Notes: a model not told the origin generated them from the letters alone. 63,333 nucleotides of DNA, filler included, from Octopus bimaculoides (GCF_001194135.2; 4 parts of 4 records of this genome joined end to end with filler, not necessarily neighbours in it), one strand, 5' to 3'. Counted from the first letter of the whole stretch, positions 35,841 to 49,713 are shown. Numbers and translations are program-made.

Positions 35841-38357
35841 TAGGGGGATGTTATTTAAAATTTTTCGAGCTTCCTTTTGGAGAACCTCCTGAAAAGTTGT
35901 GATTAGGGTCACAAAACAATGATATTAATTTTTTTCATTTTGTGATTTCGATTCTGGCACCACCACCCCCTGTACATATCCCTTGAAGTTGGAAACCCCG
36001 CCAAAATAGGGGTAAAAACTAATTTAATCAATTTAAAATCCCATAGTGTACATAAATATTTTGTATTTTAACTTAGCATGGATTTTTTTAATGTGCTGAA
36101 TCCAAAAATAGTATCAATTTTGCGATTTGATTCTCCATCAAGACGGAAATCCAAGTTGGCGGCCAAAATACACAATTTTTTTTAACGAAATCAGTAACTG
36201 TAAATAAGAATATCATGTGATATGTCTTTATATATGTTTTTGAGGTCATAGAACACGAATTTGGTGTGGAATCAACAGTTTAATAACCAATCATTAAGTA
36301 ATTTAATTTTACAAAAAAAAAAATTCCCCACATTCATATGATATGATAATATTTTTACAACCATTAAGGCTTCAGAACCGCACACCAAGTCATCCAGCGC
36401 ATAATTGAAACCAATAAGGTTTACATCTACCTTGCAACTCACATTATCCAAGTAAATTGTCACATTTATTGCATATCGTTCCATTGACAGTTTTTGATAA
36501 TTTTGTTTACGACAGAAAATGTAGCTGGTTTTTTAGCACAGAAAGGGCAATGTCTCTGACATATCTGATTTATAAATACAGCCTATCGACCTTTTCTTTA
36601 TCTGGTATATCTGCCATGAGATAGACATCTATCTCAGTGCTGCTAGTAAACGGTCCACCATGATTTTTAAAAATATCCGTGTCGGCTGTTCGTCGTCTAA
36701 CCACTGCAATATTTGGCGATTTCCTTCTCCAGTACCTTCACCATTAGCTGCTGTTGACGGTTATCCCGTTCTTTAATGATGTCATACACTTGCCCCGCCA
36801 CCTTCTCCGGTTTGGTGAATTTGGTATATTGCCTAAAAGTCTCTGATCAGCCGACTTAGATTTAACTTTAGAAGATACTAATTTGGGTTGCTTGTCACCT
36901 AGACGACTCAACTCATAGTTGATGAATCCCACACTGCGTTCTGAATCGAGATTGTAAATGGGAGCTCTCTCTAGTTTACCTAAGTCCATGTTTGCCAGAG
37001 AATGGGGTGACTCTTTGATGATGTTTCCAAAACCAAATAGAGCACCCTTCTGGTTCTGGAAGCCATTCGCTAACTTTGGAAGAAGCCTCAACAGTACTTT
37101 TAACACCTCAGGCTTCAACTCGGTTGCAATAGCTTCAACAGCACAACATACATCTTCATCATATCTGGTTTCTCGGAATCTGCTAGAAGATACGAAAGTG
37201 AGTGCAAGATTATATGCATTTAGCAATCGGGTTCGATCTTTTGTGGAAAGGTCATCAAAAAGTTGTTTGAAAGCAAGTACAAGTTTTGAGCATGTTGTGC
37301 TTGTTGAAGTGGTGAGTAAAAGGAATAGTTCAACAAGGTGCAGTTCAATCAGCGCTCCTGTGTATGACAAGACTCCAGATCTATAAAACATTGTACGATA
37401 TAAGCCAGTTGGTTTGTAACATGCTCGTATTTCGCCAAATACGATGCCACATCATCTAAGTAGTACAAAGTTATTGACTAATCTCGTTATGCAATCAAGA
37501 GCCTGTTCAGTGACACTGGATGAATTTGATGTTGGATTTATAAGAAAACTCGAATAAATTTTGTCTCGTATTATTGCTTTCTCGATGTTACGCCACTGTT
37601 TAGTTATTATTCGAATGAACATAATTGAAGGGTGCACATTGCAAAACAAATGTTCAGGTATGTGTTATGTGCCGAGATTTCCTGCTACGATCTCTTCAAC
37701 CCCAACATTGTATGATGTTTGGTCCGAGATAACAAAATCATTTTTTATAAATAGTGTTTCGGGATATTACTTGCTGCTTCTCGTCCAATGCCAGGACACC
37801 AATACTTTTACCAGACTCTCGAATGTTACATGGTGCAGGTAAAGTGTCTAGATCGATGAAATCTGTTTGATCATGTGCCTTCCAACTTCTTCTGAACAGT
37901 TTATTACCCACTGTTATCAAGCTCCTTCCGCTTGTTTCTGAGACATATTGTATACACTGGGTTTTTTTTTTAATGAGGATAGCTGGTGGAACGGATAAAT
38001 TGAGCGTTTGGCTTATAACATTCTGTAACACATTTTAAACAAAAGATTTGAACTTCTAGACTTCGTAAACATATGAAATGACATAAAATAAGCTGCCTAT
38101 CCGATATACCATGAAATCAGTCTATCAAAATAGCGAATTTTGGTCGCCATCTTGGATTTCTGCCATCTTGCAAAAGTTTTATTAGTTGGAATAAGCTTAT
38201 TTTATATCAATATACTTATTAGTAAATCAACCTTCAAGGGGTATGTACAGGGGTTATTGCATTCAATTTCCGGAAATTTTGATTTTCAGGTGATATCTGG
38301 ACCCAACTACAACTATTGAGGGGGTTCCGAAAAAATGTAGGATTAACATCCCCCCTA
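35841..38357 (-). mobile_element. 2.5-kb DNA transposon with TAGGGGGATGTTA termini (hAT-related)
   Basis: Terminal inverted match at 35841 and 38357. Subterminal inverted blocks CCCCTGTACATA.CCCTTGAAG and AAATCCAAG.TGGCG.CCAAAAT occur on both sides. No TSD is recognisable. Confidence 0.8.
36744..37900 (-). pseudogene. Frameshifted DDE transposase of the CxxH group
   Basis: DFVISDQTSYNVG (putative second D), LFCNVHP (CxxH), DDVASYLAKYEHVTNQL and APIYNLDSERSVGFINYEL (putative catalytic E). Confidence 0.72.
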
Positions 38358-40300
38358 CTCTTAGTTTGCATAATGCTCACTTGGTCAGCTGTAACGTCCT
38401 ATACTATTTATATCCATTGTAGCTGGCTTGCGTTGGTTGGTGCTGCTACAGAGGTACAGGTATTGCTTATTTTTACTGATATTTTGCCCTTAAATATGCC
38501 TTCTATACAACCAACTGATGGTGAAAGTGGCAGTAATACAGCATGTGATTTTTACTGTTACGCAAGATGTCGGTATAGATTAAACTTGAATGTTGTACAA
38601 TGCAAGAGACTTATATGCAGAGCTATAGTGTTGTAGTACAGATCAGTACATACATTGTTTTGCCATTTTTTCATCCTAAACGTCACTGATTGAGAAAATA
38701 TTCTACTCAGGCAACTGCTTGGTATCAAAGTTTGCGAGATTAGCAAGGCTCAGGCTGTATTATGTTTTCTTCTTTCTTATAGAGACTACTAAATATCTGA
38801 TACAATCTATACAATGACGATTTCTTCTTTCTCGTTACAGACCACGGATTATCTCATGCAGTGGTAATATTTAAGAAACATTCCACTAACTTAATATTTT
38901 CCACCTCGCTTCGTAAAAATGGGAAAATTTTCAATGGAATTAAGAATAAATGTACACTTTTCACTTAACTTTTTTGTTTTGTCTTTAGTTTTATTTTATA
39001 GTTTATATCATGTCGGCCGGACAATAGACAGAATGACTAGCGCTAATTACTTACACTCTTTCATATTCTCAATTGAGTCACATCGGCATCCATTTTGCCT
39101 TGATGTGGTGCATATCCAAACTACCTTTCCAGAAACCTGCGGCCTTGTAACCTATGTTAAAAATCATATATCCAAATGAAAAACGTCTTTGTTAATTCTT
39201 CTTATGCAAGAATAAGACTCAGCACTTCAAGCTAACGAATTCACAAAATTCTCGCTGCTACCAATGTTGATATCTATCATCCATAGAATACTCAGAAAGT
39301 TTTACTAAGAGGAAAACTATTAGTTCAAGATTAGCTACATGAATATTATATAATACATTAGATTTTTTTGTATCACTTCATCAGGGGGAAAAGGCGGTAA
39401 CCATGTCCTTTCACATTTTCCAACGCCTCCGCGACAATAATGAGGAAAGGAGGTGAAGTTATCCTCCAACCAGAGACGTGTTCCAAATGCTTGCAACAGA
39501 GTGGACATCGCTAGAGATACAGATAAGATGATGGAGAAAATAGGATCTGGTGTGTGAAACCGAAGAGACCTAAAGAGTTTTATTTTTTGAAAATTTTTCT
39601 TGTTAGTTTTTTCTTTACTGAATACTATACTGATTTACACAATTGCTGTAAACAAATTAATTTTCTGGTCTGACTTTTCCCAAAGTTTATTCTAATGGTT
39701 TTCTATCTGAGACTAAAAAGAAAGGAATTTCAGAAAAAGTGTTATTGTCTGTGACATTCTCCTGAAAATATATCTATGTCCGCTTATGCTAAAATTCAGT
39801 TACCTAGTTGCAAAACTGTGTCTACAACATGGAACATACACAGAATCACTAGAGCGTCGAACAAAATGTCTTACGGTATTTAGTTACGGTACTTTTAAAA
39901 ACAGCATATTAAGGTGTATTGGATTTATTGATCATTGTTATAGTTAGGCTAATTCAGTCCCGACCAAAGTTTTCTGTAGCTACTAAACAACAGTCAACAA
40001 AAACACCCCAAAGTGATGCAGGATTGGTTGTTGTTCAATGCAAAATGTAGAAGTTGACATCTTGTTGGAAAAGGAATAATCACACCCTTAGCAGATGTAT
40101 GCATGAGGTGGGAAGGATAACGAGAAGCTACTCCACGAGAGTATTTTTCCATAGTTTAGATGGGGGAGTGGAAGCAAAAATGGAAACCAGTGTAGTAACT
40201 TTGCATATCTTGCAACGAATGAAGTGACCTTAAAACAAACAACGAATTTTTTTGTTTGTTTGTTTAGCACTGTTTTTACACTGTTATGATGGTTTAATAT

Positions 40301-40505
40301 AAGGCGGCGAGCTGGCAGAAACGTTAGCAGGCCAGACGAAATGCTTAGCAGTATTTCGTCTGTCTTTACGTTCTGAGTTCAAATTCTGCCGAGGTCGACT
40401 TTGCTTTCATCCTTTAGGGGTCGATAAATTAAGTGACAGTTACGGACTGGGGTCAATGTAATCGACTGGTCCCCTCCCCAAAACTTTCTGGCCTAGAGTA
40501 GAAAA
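40301..40505 (+). mobile_element. tRNA-SINE, family M
   Basis: Aligns to the other family M copies. Confidence 0.88.
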
Positions 40506-41749
40506 GGATGATGTAATGTTATGGTTTGACCTTCATGGTATTCATAAGAGCACTAATGGTGTATCTGAAGCAAAATGGCTTCAAGTAAGAATCGAAGCCG
40601 ATTACAACTTTTTAAAGGATTATTACTAGACAATATTGGCCGGATTGTAATATGTCAGCTCGTCAACTAAAGGAAAACAATAGAATCCAAGAAAACCAAT
40701 GATGGTCTGCATCAGTAAATAATAAATATAGAATATTCAAAAAGTAGAAAAAATTTGAAAGTCTTTTCTTTTCTTTTTTTTTTTATCATCGATTTTACTA
40801 ACGGGAAAGAGCAGAACCCCTGACGCACCACAAGGTTTCCGTTACTGGGGCAAACTGTTGCATGTCAGGTATTGAAGGAGAGGCAAAGTAAGAAGAGAAT
40901 TCATAAAGTGACACAAGATTGGTAAAGTTGCTCTATGGAAAACGAAAGCAAATCTGAAAACAAATGCAGTAACATCTGGCAACGAAGCGAACTTCGGCCT
41001 AATGCAAAGACTTAGGAATGTAAAATGTTGATTTCTTACATGAATACAAAGGCCTCAAATTTGAAGCAAAGTGACAGTTGGTAATATGTACCCTAGCAGT
41101 TAACGTGCAGTTTATTTTATCAATTTCGGAAGGATGAAAAGCAAAATTGACATCGGCGTGATTTGAACTCAAAACATAGAGCGGGAATGCCTGAAACTTA
41201 GTGTATTCAAGGGAGGTAACTCTCATGCTACTTTTACTTGGCCTCTACTTTCCTTATTTAAATTGATTAAGTTATATTTTTACGACTTTGAACGATAAAG
41301 GAGTGTAGCTATTACTGTAACGGATTTTATGACACTTTTCTATTGGTTTGTTTCATATATTTTTCATTTTAATATTGGTGTGATTTTAGAATACAAGGAG
41401 CCTATTCCACCAGTGTATAAATAAGAAGAGGTTCGGAAAGTGATTTCATTTACGCCTACGACTTATAGTAACAGTGAATATTGATCATGGAGACTAAGAC
41501 GTCAATGCTGACCCAATGGCCTATCAAGGATTGTAGGTCATCAATCAAGAGTGATCATTTCTTTTTTTTAAACTCTAGAGGAAAGGACTCTGTACCCATG
41601 CCTTCACATCCCCACACCACGCGACCGGTGAGAATGACTCCGCTGATTTCTTGAACTGCAAGTTGATAGCTGCAGGAGCAAATCTAGACAAGTTTCTTAC
41701 AGGGAGCTGAAGAGTTAGGACTGAGAATAATGGCTGATGTGGGGCCAGG

Positions 41750-42082
41750 GTTGTTGTTGTTGTTGTTGGCACTCCGTCGCTTACGATGTCGAGGATTCCA
41801 GTTGATCCGATCAACGGAACAGCCTGCTCGTTAAATTAACGTGCAAGTGGCTGAGCATTCCACAGACACGTGTACCCTTAACGTAGTTCTCGGGGATATT
41901 CAGCGTGACAAGGCTGATCCTTTGAAATACTGGTACAACAGAAACAGGAAGAAAGAGTGAGAGAAAGTTGTGGTAGAAGAGTACAGCAGGGTTCGCCACC
42001 ATCCCCTGCTGGAGCCTCATGGAGCTTTAGGTGTTTTCGCTCAATAAACACTCACAACGCCCGGTCTGGGAATCGAAACCGC
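41750..42082 (-). mobile_element. tRNA-SINE, family A (head lost in gap)
   Basis: Aligns to 8248-8630; expanded (CAA)n tail. Confidence 0.92.
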
Positions 42083-42472
42083 NNNNNNNNNNNNNNNNNN
42101 NNNNNNNNNNNNNNNNNNNNNNNNNNNNNNNNNNNNNNNNNNNNNNNNNNNNNNNNNNNNNNNNNNNNNNNNNNNNNNNNNNNNNNNNNNNNNNNNNNNN
42201 NNNNNNNNNNNNNNNNNNNNNNNNNNNNNNNNNNNNNNNNNNNNNNNNNNNNNNNNNNNNNNNNNNNNNNNNNNNNNNNNNNNNNNNNNNNNNNNNNNNN
42301 NNNNNNNNNNNNNNNNNNNNNNNNNNNNNNNNNNNNNNNNNNNNNNNNNNNNNNNNNNNNNNNNNNNNNNNNNNNNNNNNNNNNNNNNNNNNNNNNNNNN
42401 NNNNNNNNNNNNNNNNNNNNNNNNNNNNNNNNNNNNNNNNNNNNNNNNNNNNNNNNNNNNNNNNNNNNNNNN

Positions 42473-42627
42473 GTTGGCGTTAGGAAAGGCATCCAGCTGT
42501 AGAAACTCTGCCAAATTAGATTGGAGCCTGGTGTTGCCATCCGGTTTCACCAGTCCTCAGTCAAATCGTCCAACCCATGCTAGCATGGAAAGCGGACGTT
42601 AAACGATGATGATGATGATGATGATGA
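42473..42627 (+). mobile_element. SINE family B 3' end (Nin/Deu-like domain, (GAT)n tail)
   Basis: GGCGTTAGGAA.GGCATCCAGCTGTAGA motif; about 4 mismatches in 135 bp against the copy at 51922-52077. Confidence 0.88.
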
Positions 42628-44864
42628 ATATTTATCCCTACTTAAATGTGGGTGTTTGTTAGAATAAACTATGCTGCAGTAAATATAAAGAAGCATGCAT
42701 TTTGCACCAAAAGCCAATAGAACTTCTCTCGTGGTATCTACTGCAGTCTAGTTTGTTCTAAAAGAACAACCACATTCCTGAAACTTGTATTTTCATTAAG
42801 ACTGTCACATCATAAAAGGGCACCTGCCACATTTTTTGCAATACTATTTATTAAAATCCCTTCTAAGTCTTCTTTGAAATGTTTTAAGCATCTTATTTAT
42901 ATAAAAGAAAATAGAAAAGCAAAAAACTGTCCTACCAACCTGTTTTTTGCCAAGGAAAATGGACATTAAATGAGGGTGATGATGAAAATAAATTCAAAAC
43001 CATGAAAATTAATAAGACACCAAAGGTAAATCATAGCATCCAAGAAGAATTTTCTTGTTCCTTTATTATTTGCTTCCAGTCACTTCTATCAGATAATACA
43101 GGTTTCTAGGATACATTCAAATGTTAGGTTATATTTCAAGTTAACACAAAAATGTCATTTTTTACTCATGTATGTATTTCCTTTTGCTAAATTTACATTA
43201 AAACAAAGCTTGTGGAGAGAAGGGTATAACAAAATATAGGCTTAAAAATTAATAGAATAAATGATAAACCATAACATATGTTTGGATGAACTTTTGGTTT
43301 TCACAAGGTAAGAATGGACTTCAGAAACTTGTTATTAAAGAGATGGAAAATGCTACCTTGCTTACTCCAGATGAAGAGCAAGAGTGTGGTAATATATCAA
43401 GCATTATTAATCTGACAACTTGATAAAATATGAGATCAGATCAGTTCACATTTTAGGTAAAGATTATCGATAAAACTAATTTTTTTAAAATGTACCTATT
43501 TTAAATAATATGAAGAAAATTAATGGTAAAACCTCTGTACAATTCTTCTTTACACAAATTCAAAGTCTGAAGCATGGTAAATGGGAAGTTACAGTATAAA
43601 TGTGTTTCCATCAGTATTAACAGTGCTATACTGCTGTAGTTTTGAAGGGTGTAGTGTCTCGACTGCATCAGTTGTTACAATTGATGCACTTCGTCCTTTA
43701 AAACTTCCATGCTTCCTGAAATTTACCAAAAGTGCACTTGATGCACCCCACCTCACTCCCATTTCTTCTTGTGTGTGTGTGTGTGTGTGTGCAATGACAG
43801 CCGATCTAGCAAGCATTTCCTGTGTATATTCTATGTACTGTTCATGCAGTTTTGAGTTTTTTCTAAGTTGCAGTGCACCTAAGCACTATATACAATAAGT
43901 TCATTACAATTATAATTATCATTATAAAATCCCCATGTCAAATGACCAGTATCTGAAAGTGTATAACCCTTCTGTGCATATATTTTGCTGAATTCTTACA
44001 GAACAATCAAACTTAAAAGGTTTTGTGTGTATTTGTGTCTTAATAGCTTCAGACATCCTCGTTAAACAGCATAATTAACATGGTAAACAATTGTCATAGT
44101 TCTACAACACAGTAGCAGAGGCCAAAGAAACTAGCAATTTTCTGTAACAGCATCATTATTCAATGGGAGAAAAACTAGAATTTCAACTTGAAAAACATAC
44201 AACTATTTCCTATTAGAGTTACCAGTCTACATATGAGCTAAGATGCCAGCTGATATAATCAAAAGTAATAAATGGAACAGTTTAAAAGTTACCATTTATA
44301 AGTGGATAAATAGTGTGTAGAAACATCACAACACAAAACTGCTCTAGTTAATAAGAATTCCAATAAATCACGTGGATTTGTTAACTATAGGCAACTGCTA
44401 TAACATAAGCAATAACCTCCCGCCAAACAAAAGCACCAGATTTGATATTTAGTTGTAGTTATTTCACTTTCTTATGTTAATGCCTTTGACAAAGGTACAA
44501 GTATCACAAATTATCACCAACTTAGGCTAAAACAGATACCTACTGATCATGAAAGGCCATGGAATTGACTATCAAGCTATTTGCAGTTTGCAAGCATATC
44601 CCAAGAATAAAAAACCCTATTAAGTTTTAACTACAGCATGTAACCATCGATTATAATTTTAACCAGCAGATTCAGTTAATCCATAGTATTAGAACAAATG
44701 GTATAACATGGTACAATGTGACTCCCATGAAATCAGTCTATGAAGGGGACTGAATTAACTTCCTGATAAAAACTGAGGTAATATGAAAATTTCCTAACGA
44801 ACATATTCAATAGAGCATAATTTATGCTTCAGCTCTTTGTACACATGGCGCACTTGCATGCATG

Positions 44865-44913
<49 letters not shown>

Positions 44914-45451
44914 TGACAGCTGGATCTAGCAAGCATGATATTCATGTGTGTAAACATGGACATGGCCATGACCAAATGGTTAAGTTTGCCAAGTCATCAT
45001 AAACTTTGCAGGTTCAATTTCACTGTGTGGCATCTTAAACAAGTGCCTTTTATCGTAAACTCAAATCAACCCAGGCCTGATCTGGAAATTGGAAACACAG
45101 AAATGGACAGTACATGCAATTCAAAAGTTTCATTCTGTCACACACTGCATCATGCTGGCTGTGCCAAGAAGTAAGGATTAACTAAGGATTACATTAATGA
45201 TACAAGCGTCTATGGAATTCTCAGCCACTTCCACTATCATACGCACCATTGAAACCATCGGAGATCTATTTACTTTGTATCTACATGCACACACACACAA
45301 AGTATATATGTTTATGAGCATGTATATGCATATACACACACATACAAAAATAGAGATAGATTTATAGAAGTACATACTTACGAACACATACAAAAATGTA
45401 TGTGTCCTCACATATGCATGTATAAACCCTCACATATACATGTATATACCC

Positions 45452-45532
<81 letters not shown>

Positions 45533-46956
45533 CCAACTCAACTACTGGTCTTCCTTCTCTACATCACAGATAATGTCCAAAGAAAAGGCAAGGTTGATAC
45601 AGCCGGCTAGTAACAACATCATAGGCTTTGATGTCAGAAAGTAGAGGGCTGGAACAGATACCATAAGGTTTTCCCTCGAGTGCTCTAACAATCTGCCAAT
45701 ATATACATACACACCATTTAAGCTACCTCTAGCTCTCACAAATATACATCAGAGTTGTACATATTACAAATATATAAAGATAGCTAACAGATACACTACA
45801 CCAGTCGTAGCTAGTATCTGTACATATATACAAACATATATGTATCATCATCATTTAACACCCATTATTCATGCTGGAATGGGTTGGATAGTTTGAATCT
45901 TAAAAGATAGTAAGGATCTTAGATATCATTAAAACAAAAGGAAGGTCATGAAGAAAATGTCTTTGGTTAAACACTAACCAGAATAACAAAATGTGATAAT
46001 CAACACTGAGCACAAGTTTTACAATCTATGAATTATTGTAAATTTAGAATAATTTCAAATAACTCAGAATAATATAGAATAAGTAGAATATAAAATTAAA
46101 ATATCAATCCAGAATCACTAGACTGCAGGCCAGCTTTGAGCAGACTTCTGACATGTAGTCAGCTGACTATTTGGATGTGGCACACAGGACTATAGCGTTG
46201 TATATGCTATATCCACATCTAGTTGAATATGATACTGCACATTCTGACATTTTTAGGACATAAGTGGGAAATTTAAGACACCACAGCATTTTCTATGAGG
46301 TTGATCAACCTCACAGAGTTCCTATGCAAGTGCCTACATTATAGTGATGTAGAAGCAACTGAATATATATAAATATATTTTTATATGCATGTATGTGTTT
46401 TAGTGTATGTGTATTTGTCACTATCAACTAAAGGTCATATCTAACACATAGAACTGTCATAAATCATATTTTATGAAGTCATCAGATTTCTAAAAAATAA
46501 AAAGCAAACCCAAAAGTTCAGTTATAAATTTCAAAAAGCTAAATAAAATATATAAACAGAACTTAAATATTCTCCATTTTTTTAAAACCAAACCAATAAA
46601 ATGACAAAAATTACAAACATAATATTGAATATTGAAAAGGGGAAGGTTTAACAAAAATGCATCTAACTCACCCTTATCTCTATTTCTGCTTATAATTACT
46701 ATATTCTTAAATCAAGGAAAAACATTAACACACTTAAAAAAAAGATAGCAAGTGTAATGCTATTTTTCCCTTTCTGCTTTTTGTATGGGATTCAAAATCT
46801 CAGAAGGCACTTAGACAATCTGAAGATTTATAATTCTGGGAAGGATCAACAGGGTAACATATAGGGAGGAGTTTTATAAATTAATTAGAAAATTACAAAA
46901 AAGCCAATAATAGTCGGGTTTAGCTAAAGGTGACACAAGAGTTATCTTATCTTAAT

Positions 46957-48153
46957 CTAGCAGGAATGAATAATTAAATTAGTGATCCCAGGTGGACGTA
47001 GATGGGATGAGGACACCAGGTTGGAACATGACCGGATAGAGGAACGAGAGAAGTTTGGAACCTTGAAAGCCAAAGAGTTTTCCTTCTGTTTTTCATAGAC
47101 ATGATTTCGATTGTGTGTCCCTCCATCAGTATCAGAACAATTGGAGAAACTTTCATAGCGTGTTAACCTTGCAAAAGATTGAGAAGAATTTGGGATGTTT
47201 AAGACAGGGTCATTCAGTTGGTAATTTGGTAACGGAGGTGGTAAAACTGTCAAGGGACAAGAAGTTGGTAGTGAAGCAAAAGCAGTGGGTAAGGAAGAAT
47301 TTTCAGAATCAGAGTTTAAAGGACTTTCGTTTTCAGGTGACTTTCGAGATCTTAAGCAGCTTCGAATTTGAGACCAAGAGCATTTCATCGATTGAGCAGC
47401 TTCTTTTTGGCATCGTGGAAAGGATGCATTAACTTTTGGAGAAGATACTGAATGGTGATGGCTTCGACAGTGTTTGCAGTGACCGACTTCCTTGTCAAAT
47501 TCATGTGGCGTTGGTGATTTCAGTGAAAACAAAGCAGCAAGATTCAGTAATGCAGTACTAATAAACACATGTGGCACTAATCTTGACAAATGACCATCAT
47601 CAGCAGTCGTTTCTTGTGGTTGTTCAGAAGGAATGTTATCTTCAAGCAATATTCTATCCTGTGACTCACCACTCTTCTTTTGCTGGTTGTTATTCATAAC
47701 AGCACTAGCCTGAGTCATTTCCAACAGTTTATGCAGAGTCCAAATTTCAGATTCATTTTCTTGATTCAAAGATACCTGGGGGGATGTAGCTGCACTAATA
47801 CAATTGCTCTGGTCACTGGCACTGATTAACTGACAAACATTTTCTGCCTTGCATTTAGGTGATATCTGTTTCAGAAAGATATCATAGGAAATCAAAGATT
47901 TCCAAACTAAAGAATCTTCAATGCCATACAGACTCTCCATGTTAAGTGTTGGATCAAATATTACCTCATCTATCTCATATGGATTAGTAGAGCAATATTC
48001 AGGCAGCAACGGGTGATGATTAGGAAGCAAAGAGGAAGTTGCAGGATGGCTAATCAAAGCAGTCAACCTAGTTGTCAATGACATTGTTAACAGGGAAGAT
48101 GCCAGAAGAGTCAACACACCAGCAACATAAGCCACAGAACTTGCAGCAAAGAT
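46957..48153 (-). CDS. CNPPD1: CNPPD1 terminal coding exon (TM helix plus long low-complexity tail, 398 aa)
   Basis: Strong acceptor tttctgtttctttttgtag|ATC, phase 0. IFAASSVAYVAGVLTLLASSLL aligns with the CNPPD1 TM segment (human recalled as LSCLLAVAYVSSVALAVAS). It is a 1.2-kb open frame in AT-rich DNA. Confidence 0.88.
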   Translation of the reverse strand: MFAASSVAYVAGVLTLLASSLLTMSLTTRLTALISHPATSSLLPNHHPLLPEYCSTNPYEIDEVIFDPTLNMESLYGIEDSLVWKSLISYDIFLKQISPKCKAENVCQLISASDQSNCISAATSPQVSLNQENESEIWTLHKLLEMTQASAVMNNNQQKKSGESQDRILLEDNIPSEQPQETTADDGHLSRLVPHVFISTALLNLAALFSLKSPTPHEFDKEVGHCKHCRSHHHSVSSPKVNASFPRCQKEAAQSMKCSWSQIRSCLRSRKSPENESPLNSDSENSSLPTAFASLPTSCPLTVLPPPLPNYQLNDPVLNIPNSSQSFARLTRYESFSNCSDTDGGTHNRNHVYEKQKENSLAFKVPNFSRSSIRSCSNLVSSSHLRPPGITNLIIHSC

Positions 48154-49034
48154 CTACAAAAAAGAAACAGAAAGGTAACATCATAGATTGATTTATTATT
48201 AAAAGATTTGATTTAAATCATTCAAATCTGAAATACTTTCCTTCCTAATTATATTTTATTAACATCAGTTTTCTTCAAAGAAATTACTTGAATAATTAAA
48301 ATAACTAAATATTCTTTCAAATAAATATCTGCTATAAAATAACTATACATTTAGTATTCTAAATATTATTAGGATAATATGCTCTCATAAATAAGCTAAA
48401 AATATGATGGCATTTTAAAAGTTCTATTGCTATCAACAGAGTTAGCAAATAGTAGACTACTTTCACATGAACTTTTTTATCAGACAAACTATAACTACCC
48501 GCAGTTGAATTGCTACAAATATGTGACAATCAACACGCACAATAATATCAATGAAAGACTCAGACTAAGTGATAAAAGTATTATCATACAGCAAGTAGGA
48601 TAATGGTCAGTGATGCAACAATCTGCGCAAGAACTGCTAGTTCCAGTTTGTATGACTGAGCAAAATATATGCTCCACTTTTACTTCACAGAAGAATACTT
48701 GACGGTAGGATGGATATTATTTAGATACAAAATACAAGTACTCCAGAAGTAATATTACCTCACAAGCAGGTATAAAAAAATGGCACTAAAGCAATAAATA
48801 TATAAAATATAGTATCATATAAATTTCAAGGAACAAAGAAATCTTTTAACAATAGCATCTGAGTCAGCTTTAGAAAACAAATGGATATCTGTTTTTATAT
48901 GATTAGTATAACTGTTGTTTGGATTTACAATACAACTTCATGAGCATCATGTCATTCTTCACTCACTCACTTGTTTCATGCACATAGCCTAACACTGTAT
49001 AACACATTTTCACCCAACCTACATAACAAAAGAG

Positions 49035-49416
49035 TGGAGGCGCAATGAGCTCAGTGGTTAGGGCAGCGGACTCGCAGTCATAGGATCGCAGTTTCGATTC
49101 CCAGACCGGGCGTTGTGAGTGTTTATTGAGCGAAAACAGCTAAAACTCCACGAGGCTCCGCCAGGGGATGGTGGCGAACCCTGCTGTACTCTTTCACCAC
49201 AACTTTCTCTCACTATTACTTCCTGTTTCTGGTTGTGCCTGTAATTCAAAGGGTCAGCCTTGTCACATTGTGTCATGCTGAATATCCCAGAGAACTACGT
49301 TAAGGGTACACGTGTCTGTGGAGTGCTCAGCCACTTGCATAATTTCATGAGCAGGCTGTTCCGTTGATCAGATCAACTGGAACCCTCGTTGTTGTAAGCG
49401 ACGGAGTGCCAACAAC
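49035..49416 (+). mobile_element. tRNA-SINE, family A, full length, in a CNPPD1 intron
   Basis: 15-bp TSD ACATAACAA(A/G)AGAGT at 49021-49035 and 49417-49431. Confidence 0.93.
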
Positions 49417-49461
49417 ACATAACAAGAGAGTACATAATTGCCTTACAGGATTTGATTAGAT

Positions 49462-49695
49462 CAGTGGTTCTCAACCATTTTTTACCAATGAAACCCATTG
49501 ATTCCTATTTTACTTGGATGGACCCTCCTAGACATTCGATGTTTAAAAAATCGTATATTTTTAGAATCAAATATTATTAGAAATTGTATTTTAAAAAATT
49601 GTTAAAGTATTTTATGTTTTGTAGAAGTATAACCAATTTATTGCAGATAGATTTTAACAACAAAATCTTATATGGACTCCAATTGAAACCCACTG
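49462..49695. mobile_element. hAT Charlie-type MITE
   Basis: TIRs CAGTGGTTCTCAA / TTGAAACCCACTG; imperfect 8-bp TSD GATTAGAT / GACCAGAT. Confidence 0.8.
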
Positions 49696-49713
49696 GACCA
49701 GATGGTAACTCAC

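Noticed and set aside
41578-41626. Plus-strand splice-bounded 49-nt segment
   Set aside because: All three frames are open and there is no homology or partner exon, so it cannot be supported.
46296-46313. 18-bp perfect palindrome TGAGGTTGATCAACCTCA, and a 10-bp-stem hairpin at 53423-53446
   Set aside because: Short and isolated, with no supporting context such as a U-tract, conservation or repeats.
48759-48785. 27-nt AG/GT-bounded micro-exon (CHFFIPACE) in the last CNPPD1 intron
   Set aside because: The flanking exons already align to CNPPD1 without a gap, so it is probably chance. Only RNA-seq could rescue it.
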